Source: Brevibacterium luteolum
GTDB lineage: Bacteria; Actinomycetota; Actinomycetes; Actinomycetales; Brevibacteriaceae
Direction of reading: 5' to 3'
Length of the DNA: 64,000 nucleotides
Assembly (NCBI RefSeq): GCF_013004595.1
Contig: NZ_JABEMC010000003.1
Location: forward strand, 1 to 64,000
In this document: piece by piece, positions 59,058 through 64,000 of the stretch
Position numbering within the stretch: position 1 is the stretch's first letter
Layout: each line of letters begins with the position of its first letter
Made by a program: the position numbers and the translations under genes
The notes under the pieces: generated by a model
The model's database searches: none
What the model was told of the DNA's origin: nothing
What the model saw: only the letters and a program-made list of their open reading frames with translations

Positions 59058-59616
59058 TGTTTTTCCTTTTTGTGTAGATATGGCCAAATTCATGACCTCT
59101 TGCTCCATGCCGATAGATGCGACATGGAAAACTGTGGATTGCACAACACGGCAGAGTTCTGCCCGGATGCGTGCCGATGAGATGAACTGGGAATGATGGT
59201 GTCCGGCGTCCGCGAGTCAGAGACTCTCAACTGTCATCACAGATGCGAGCGGGCGCAGGTGTGCTGCATGAGAATGCGGCGAAGGTGCGGCGCAGAGAAT
59301 GGGGGAAACTGAGATAAGCCAACCGAATCGTCAGTGGCACGTCCGCGAGCTGATCGCAGGTGCCGAGATGAACAACAGCAAACCGATTCATAATCCTTGA
59401 CGAAATCGGATGTGCCGAAGCGGATATCCCGAATTCATCGAGCTTGAACCGCCTTGGACAAGTTCAACTGTATCAGCAATTCCGGCTCACACGAATTCGC
59501 TTGTTGAGAAGGGTGTGAAATCAGAGTGAATGATGGGCGTCTCACCAGGGTCGGGACCGGTGCCGGGATCTGCTCAGGCGACGTGACGAATGGAACCCTG
59601 CCGCCGTCTCGGGCAC

Positions 59617-59642
59617 GGAATGATCGAGGGGCCGGATGCGTT
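59617..59642 (+). promoter_or_regulatory. SigH/SigR-dependent autoregulatory promoter
   Basis: GGAAT-N18-GTT, the SigR/SigH consensus, upstream of the sigma gene. Confidence 0.75.
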
Positions 59643-59750
59643 GTCGCTCATGAACGATCAACCGTGCACGGTCGGCACGACCAGGCAGGAAGGGGCGATG
59701 CGATGCCAGTCATAGAAGGGCAGACGCATAAGCGCGTACTATGGACGGTG

Positions 59751-60485
59751 ATGACGAAACCTCTTGCTCCAGACGCACCCGAGTCCTCACCGCCGGATGA
59801 GAACCTCGATGTCGCCCAGGCTGACGAGATCACTGAGACGCCCGAAGAGCAGCATGCGCGGTTTGAGCGCGATGCGCTCGAGTACGTCAACCAGCTGTAT
59901 GCGGCTGCCCTGCGCATGACGCGCAACCCGGCTGATGCCGAGGACCTCGTGCAGGAAACCTATGTCAAGGCCTACGCGGCCTTCCACCAGTACAAGAAGG
60001 GCACGAACCTCAAAGCCTGGCTGTACCGGATCCTGACGAACACCTTCATCAACTCCTACCGCAAGAAGCAGCGCCAGCCGCAGGAGTCCAGCGGTGAGGG
60101 GATCGAGGACTGGCAGATCGCACGCGCGGCCAGCCACACCTCATCCGGCGGCCGCTCAGCTGAGCTCGAAGCCCTTGATCACCTGCCGGATTCCGACATC
60201 AAGGAAGCGCTGTCACAGCTGCCGGACGACTTCCGGATGGTCGTGTACTACGCCGATGTCGAAGGTCTGCCGTACAAGGAGATCGCCGAGATCATGGACA
60301 CGCCGATCGGCACCGTGATGTCGCGTCTGCACCGCGGCCGGCGCCAGCTGCGCGAGATGCTGTCCGACTACGCCCGTGAGCGCGGCTTCGGCGTTGAGAA
60401 GGACGGCGACAAGGCTGCTGCCGGGAAGAAGCCGGCGAAGAAGGACACGACTGCGAAGAAGACGACCGAGGAGGTGTCCTCATGA
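59751..60485 (+). CDS. sigH: ECF sigma factor SigH/SigR
   Basis: [60 protein letters not shown]; alternative in-frame starts at 59703 and 59748. Confidence 0.93.
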   Translation: MTKPLAPDAPESSPPDENLDVAQADEITETPEEQHARFERDALEYVNQLYAAALRMTRNPADAEDLVQETYVKAYAAFHQYKKGTNLKAWLYRILTNTFINSYRKKQRQPQESSGEGIEDWQIARAASHTSSGGRSAELEALDHLPDSDIKEALSQLPDDFRMVVYYADVEGLPYKEIAEIMDTPIGTVMSRLHRGRRQLREMLSDYARERGFGVEKDGDKAAAGKKPAKKDTTAKKTTEEVSS

Positions 60486-60778
60486 GCGAAGAACCCATCA
60501 GCCACACCGGCTGCTGTGACGAGCAGAATCGCCAGAACAGCCTCATGCGGATCTACAACTACCTCGACGGCGAGCTGACGCGCGACGAGATCGACGTCAT
60601 CAAGGATCACCTGGCCAACTGCTCACAGTGCCAGGACGACTACACCATCGAGGCGCTGCTCAAGGAGCTTGTGCGCCGCTCCTGCTGCCAGGATCAGGCA
60701 CCGGCCGGGCTGGCCGAGCGGATCCGGGCGCGGATCGTCGTCGAGCGCCGCACCTACGTGCGCCGCACGTTCGGCTGA
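60482..60778 (+). CDS. rsrA: Zinc-binding anti-sigma factor RsrA/RshA
   Basis: YLDGEL; HxxxCxxC in [12 protein letters not shown] overlap with the sigma gene. Confidence 0.92.
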   Translation: MSEEPISHTGCCDEQNRQNSLMRIYNYLDGELTRDEIDVIKDHLANCSQCQDDYTIEALLKELVRRSCCQDQAPAGLAERIRARIVVERRTYVRRTFG

Positions 60779-60792
60779 GAGACGGCATGCGA

Positions 60793-60827
60793 AAGGCGGG
60801 GCGGAGATCATATCTCCGCCCCGCCTT
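60793..60827. terminator. Bidirectional terminator between rsrA and bL37
   Basis: AAGGCGGGGCGGAGAT-cat-ATCTCCGCCCCGCCTT. Confidence 0.8.
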
Positions 60828-60845
60828 CGTCAGTGTCTGAATAGA

Positions 60846-60923
60846 TCAGGTGTTGGGACGCTTGCCGTGGTTGGCCCCACGCTTCTTGCGATCCTTACGC
60901 TTGCGAGCGCGCTTGCTTGCCAT
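60846..60923 (-). CDS. Actinobacterial 50S ribosomal protein bL37 (25 aa; too short for the ORF track)
   Basis: Translated by hand: MASKRARKRKDRKKRGANHGKRPNT*, preceded by AAGGAG; usual location beside rsrA. Confidence 0.92.
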   Translation of the reverse strand: MASKRARKRKDRKKRGANHGKRPNT

Positions 60924-61312
60924 CTCGGTTCACTCCTTCTTTTGAATCCAGTCTATTTTTCCACACCCGTGCCAGCGGGGCAAAACAGTCCAGGCTGCAG
61001 GATGGGGTGTGCGGGTTCTTGCTAGGCGGGTTGCCTGGCGGGTCGTTGCTCGGATCGGTGACTATTTGAGCTGCCCTCTGTCCTGCAATGTGGACAGGAA
61101 GCTCCTACTCGATTCGTCGCGCGGTGTTTCGCAAAGTGCCGAGCGCGCTGAGGGTTTCATTGGGATACAAGTCGAGGGGCGTCTTACTGGTTCCGTCGTG
61201 TGTCAGCCAGGACCAGTCGGCAGAGATCGTGAATGCCCTGAGAAGTCTAGAAGTGCCGGTACGGCGAGACTAGGCTGAAGGCACCACACCATCTCAGACC
61301 AAGGAGGGCGCG

Positions 61313-62695
61313 ATGAGTGACAGCTACCGTGTACAGAACCCCGCTACTGGTGACATTCTTGAGGATTTCGGCACTGCGACAGACCAGCAGATTGAGGATG
61401 CGCTGTCGGCAGCACAGAGCTCCTATAGTGATTGGGCCGCGCGGCCCATGAGCGAGCGAGCAGCAATCGTTTCGAAGGTCGCTGCGCTCTTCGAGGAGAG
61501 GAAAGATGAGCTTGCAGACATCATCGGTACCGAAATGGGCAAGCGTAAGGCCGAAGGGATAGAAGAAGCCGAGTTCTGTTCAGCGATCTTTGGTTACTAC
61601 GCAGACAACGGAGAGAAGCTCACTAAGGACCTTGATCTTGAAGTCGACGGTGCCAAAGCGGTGCTTGAGCGCAGACCGATCGGTGCCATCCTTGGCATCA
61701 TGCCCTGGAATTTCCCCTACTACCAGGTGGCACGGTTCGCTGCGCCGAACCTGGTGCTCGGTAACACCATCCTCCTGAAGCATGCTGAGATCTGTCCTAA
61801 GTCGGCTGGAGCGATCCAGTCGATCATGGATGAAGCTGGCGTACCGAAGGGCGTCTACCAGACCATCTACGCGACTCACGATCAGATCTCGACCGTCATC
61901 GCCGATCCGCGAGTGGCTGGCGTATCCCTGACCGGATCGGAGCGAGCCGGAGCAATCATTGCTCAGCAGGCTGGCAAGGCGCTGAAGAAGGCAGTGCTCG
62001 AACTCGGTGGTTCCGATCCGTACATCATCCTCGATACGGACGATGTCAAGTCCGCAGCTGCAAATGCGTGGGCGACACGCATGTACAACACTGGCCAAGC
62101 TTGCGACTCGAACAAGCGACTCATCGTCATGGAGGATGTGTACGACGAGTTCGTGGCAGAGCTCGAGTCACTCGCTTCCAAGATGAAGCCCGGTGATTAC
62201 GACACCGAGGATGAAACGATCTATCAGCCGTTGTCCTCCCGCAGCGCTGCAGAGCGGCTCGCCGATCAGCTTGACCGCGTCAAGAAGGCTGGTGCCAACA
62301 TTCGCGTTGGTGGAGAGCTAGCCGATGATGGCGCGTATATCAGCCCGGCCGTAGTTACCGATATCCCGCGCGGTTCCGATGTCTACTATGAAGAGCTCTT
62401 CGGACCGGTTGCTGTTGTCTACAAGGTCTCCAGCGATGAAGAGGCGATTGAGCTTGCCAACGATTCGCAGTTTGGCCTTGGCGGCTCCGTGTTCTCCAAG
62501 GATCGCGAGCGGGCTGAGAAGGTCGGATCGCAGCTGGAGGTCGGAATGTCAAAGGTGAACACTCACGCTGCTGAGGGTGAGGGGATTCCGTTCGGCGGCG
62601 TGAAACGCTCCGGCTATGGACGAGAGCTAGGCCCTGTGGGTATGGACGAGTTCGTCAACAAGCGTCTGTACTGGGTTGGAGACGAGGGAGCGTAA
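61313..62695 (+). CDS. NAD(P)-dependent succinate-semialdehyde dehydrogenase-like aldehyde dehydrogenase
   Basis: IMPWNFPYYQVARF, LLKHA, LTGSERAG, LELGGSDP, catalytic GQAC, EELFGP, PFGGVKRSGYGRELG; AAGGAGG RBS. Confidence 0.92.
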   Translation: MSDSYRVQNPATGDILEDFGTATDQQIEDALSAAQSSYSDWAARPMSERAAIVSKVAALFEERKDELADIIGTEMGKRKAEGIEEAEFCSAIFGYYADNGEKLTKDLDLEVDGAKAVLERRPIGAILGIMPWNFPYYQVARFAAPNLVLGNTILLKHAEICPKSAGAIQSIMDEAGVPKGVYQTIYATHDQISTVIADPRVAGVSLTGSERAGAIIAQQAGKALKKAVLELGGSDPYIILDTDDVKSAAANAWATRMYNTGQACDSNKRLIVMEDVYDEFVAELESLASKMKPGDYDTEDETIYQPLSSRSAAERLADQLDRVKKAGANIRVGGELADDGAYISPAVVTDIPRGSDVYYEELFGPVAVVYKVSSDEEAIELANDSQFGLGGSVFSKDRERAEKVGSQLEVGMSKVNTHAAEGEGIPFGGVKRSGYGRELGPVGMDEFVNKRLYWVGDEGA

Positions 62696-62734
62696 ACCTG
62701 GCAACTCGCGAGGCAACTCTGGCGAGCTACGAAA

Positions 62735-62767
62735 TCGGCCCCTGACAGAGCTTCTGTCAGGGGCCGA
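62735..62767. terminator. Bidirectional terminator
   Basis: TCGGCCCCTGACAGA-gct-TCTGTCAGGGGCCGA. Confidence 0.75.
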
Positions 62768-62786
62768 CTACGTGACCAAGAAGAAA

Positions 62787-63554
62787 TCAGAATACGCCGT
62801 GGTCGTGAACCGCGTCTTCGTCTGCGGGAACTTCGGAGATCGCATCCCATAGTTCGGCGATGGCTCCATCCTCGACACGCCAGAGCTCACAATACGAGTG
62901 TCGAGCGCCAGCAATGCTGCCTTCGGAGTGAGTCAGAACGAAATCGCCTTGCGCTACAGTCCGATGGATGCGGTCGTAGACCAGCCCTTCACCGGAGTCT
63001 CTTAGCTTCTCCAGAAAGTCGATGACAGCGGGGATGCCGTCTCCGATGTCAGGACTGTGCTGCGTGAACTTACCGTCACGGCTGTACTCTTCGAAGCCCT
63101 GGTAGTCTCCGCCAATCAGCGTCTTCGTAAAGAACTCCGTGACCAGCGCGCGGTTCGCTTCGGTGTCTGCGTTCAGGTCAACATCGGTCGTCCCGTCAAG
63201 CTGGGTATGACCGGATTCGTTCGAAGCTGCGGCTGGCACGAGATTGTCCCAGTGCTCTGCGAGCTTGCCGTTCTCGACTCGGTAGATATCGAAACCGACG
63301 AGGTCGTTCTCGTCCAGGCCCTCGAACTTCCCGTGCAGAGCGACCAAGTCGCCGTCTTCGATGACACGAACGTTCGTGTACTTCAGCCCGTCTCCCGCTT
63401 CGTCAACGAGCTCCTTCAGACCGTTCCGGTCTCCGGCGACCAATGGCGAGTGTTCGACGAAACCGTCGGTGAAGTGGGAATCGAGCACGGACGTGTCGTG
63501 CTCATGGAAGAGCTTGGTGTGGATTTCCAGTACGAGGCTTCCGTTATCTGACAT
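62787..63554 (-). CDS. Tandem SnoaL-like/NTF2-fold protein
   Basis: Two repeats: FVEHSP...EDGDLVALH...DIYRVENGKLAEHWD and FTQHSP...QGDFVLTH...ELWRVEDGAIAELWD. Confidence 0.88.
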   Translation of the reverse strand: MSDNGSLVLEIHTKLFHEHDTSVLDSHFTDGFVEHSPLVAGDRNGLKELVDEAGDGLKYTNVRVIEDGDLVALHGKFEGLDENDLVGFDIYRVENGKLAEHWDNLVPAAASNESGHTQLDGTTDVDLNADTEANRALVTEFFTKTLIGGDYQGFEEYSRDGKFTQHSPDIGDGIPAVIDFLEKLRDSGEGLVYDRIHRTVAQGDFVLTHSEGSIAGARHSYCELWRVEDGAIAELWDAISEVPADEDAVHDHGVF

Positions 63555-63651
63555 GTCAGCGTCTCCTCTGCTGCTCCAAATGCATGGCATTCGCCTGCTT
63601 CTTGCAGTCTAAGCGGCAGAGTCACACTTCGATAGGGTCAGCGGTTACTCC

Positions 63652-64000
63652 TCAGCGCCCGGCGAGCACGTCGGGCACACCGAGCCAGTCGAACCAGCCG
63701 CGGTGGATGACGAGCCAGGCCAGCAGCCCGTAGCCCTCCTGGCTCGGCAGGCCGGTTGACGACGAGGCGATCTCCCGCTGCCACACAGCATGACCGCGCA
63801 GGGGAGTGAAGGTGTCGACGTAGGGCACACCTCGGCGATGGGCGACATCAGCGAAGCCTGCGTTGAGATCGGCGATCGACCGGTTCGTCAGCTCCCCGAT
63901 CGCCGGCGGCGGGCCGACGACGAACGTCGAGACCTCAGCAGCCAGGGCCGCATCGAGGATGTTGGCGAGGTTGAGCCGTGACCGGGCGGTCGAGAGCCCG
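63652..64000 (-). CDS. GDSL/SGNH-family lipase-like protein, 3' part (runs off the window)
   Basis: Translated by hand: GLSTARSRLNLANILD...FVVGPPP...RRGVPYVDTFTPL...LPSQEGYGLLAWLVIHRGWFDWLG...*. Confidence 0.75.
   Translation of the reverse strand, partial: GLSTARSRLNLANILDAALAAEVSTFVVGPPPAIGELTNRSIADLNAGFADVAHRRGVPYVDTFTPLRGHAVWQREIASSSTGLPSQEGYGLLAWLVIHRGWFDWLGVPDVLAGR

Noticed and set aside
61009..61278. Small ORFs 61009-61278 and 61088-61273
   Set aside because: No RBS, codon bias or motif; more likely the promoter region of the dehydrogenase gene

Overview
A GC-rich actinobacterial chromosome segment; gene content and order suggest Micrococcales, plausibly Brevibacterium-like (inference). 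Most of it is conserved core genome: typA, mshB, fdxA-dapC, gltA, dapD, tatB, mrp, pepP, a DEAD-box helicase, adnAB, nudC, uvrD2, a PDZ/Lon-like protease, UPF0182, initiator tRNA-Met, hisN, rsgA, aroA, cspA, sigH/sigR-rsrA and ribosomal bL37. The best candidate for a new system is at the left end: a secreted S1 protease gene divergent from a 54-aa secreted two-Cys peptide gene. The peptide gene has a perfect NarL/ChrA-type operator upstream and is followed by a membrane histidine kinase and a NarL/LuxR response regulator, which suggests peptide-pheromone signalling. Also notable: a divergent barbiturase/NCS2 permease pair with an operator-like inverted repeat, a same-orientation cluster of DnaA-box-like motifs away from any dnaA gene, a probable two-isoform SigH arrangement, an APH-like pseudokinase, a Zn-less NudC, an MshB-membrane-domain fusion, two gene remnants and a compositionally distinct SSADH/SnoaL insert. 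No CRISPR array, rRNA, integrase or transposase was seen. All family assignments come from recognising motifs by eye; no searches were run.
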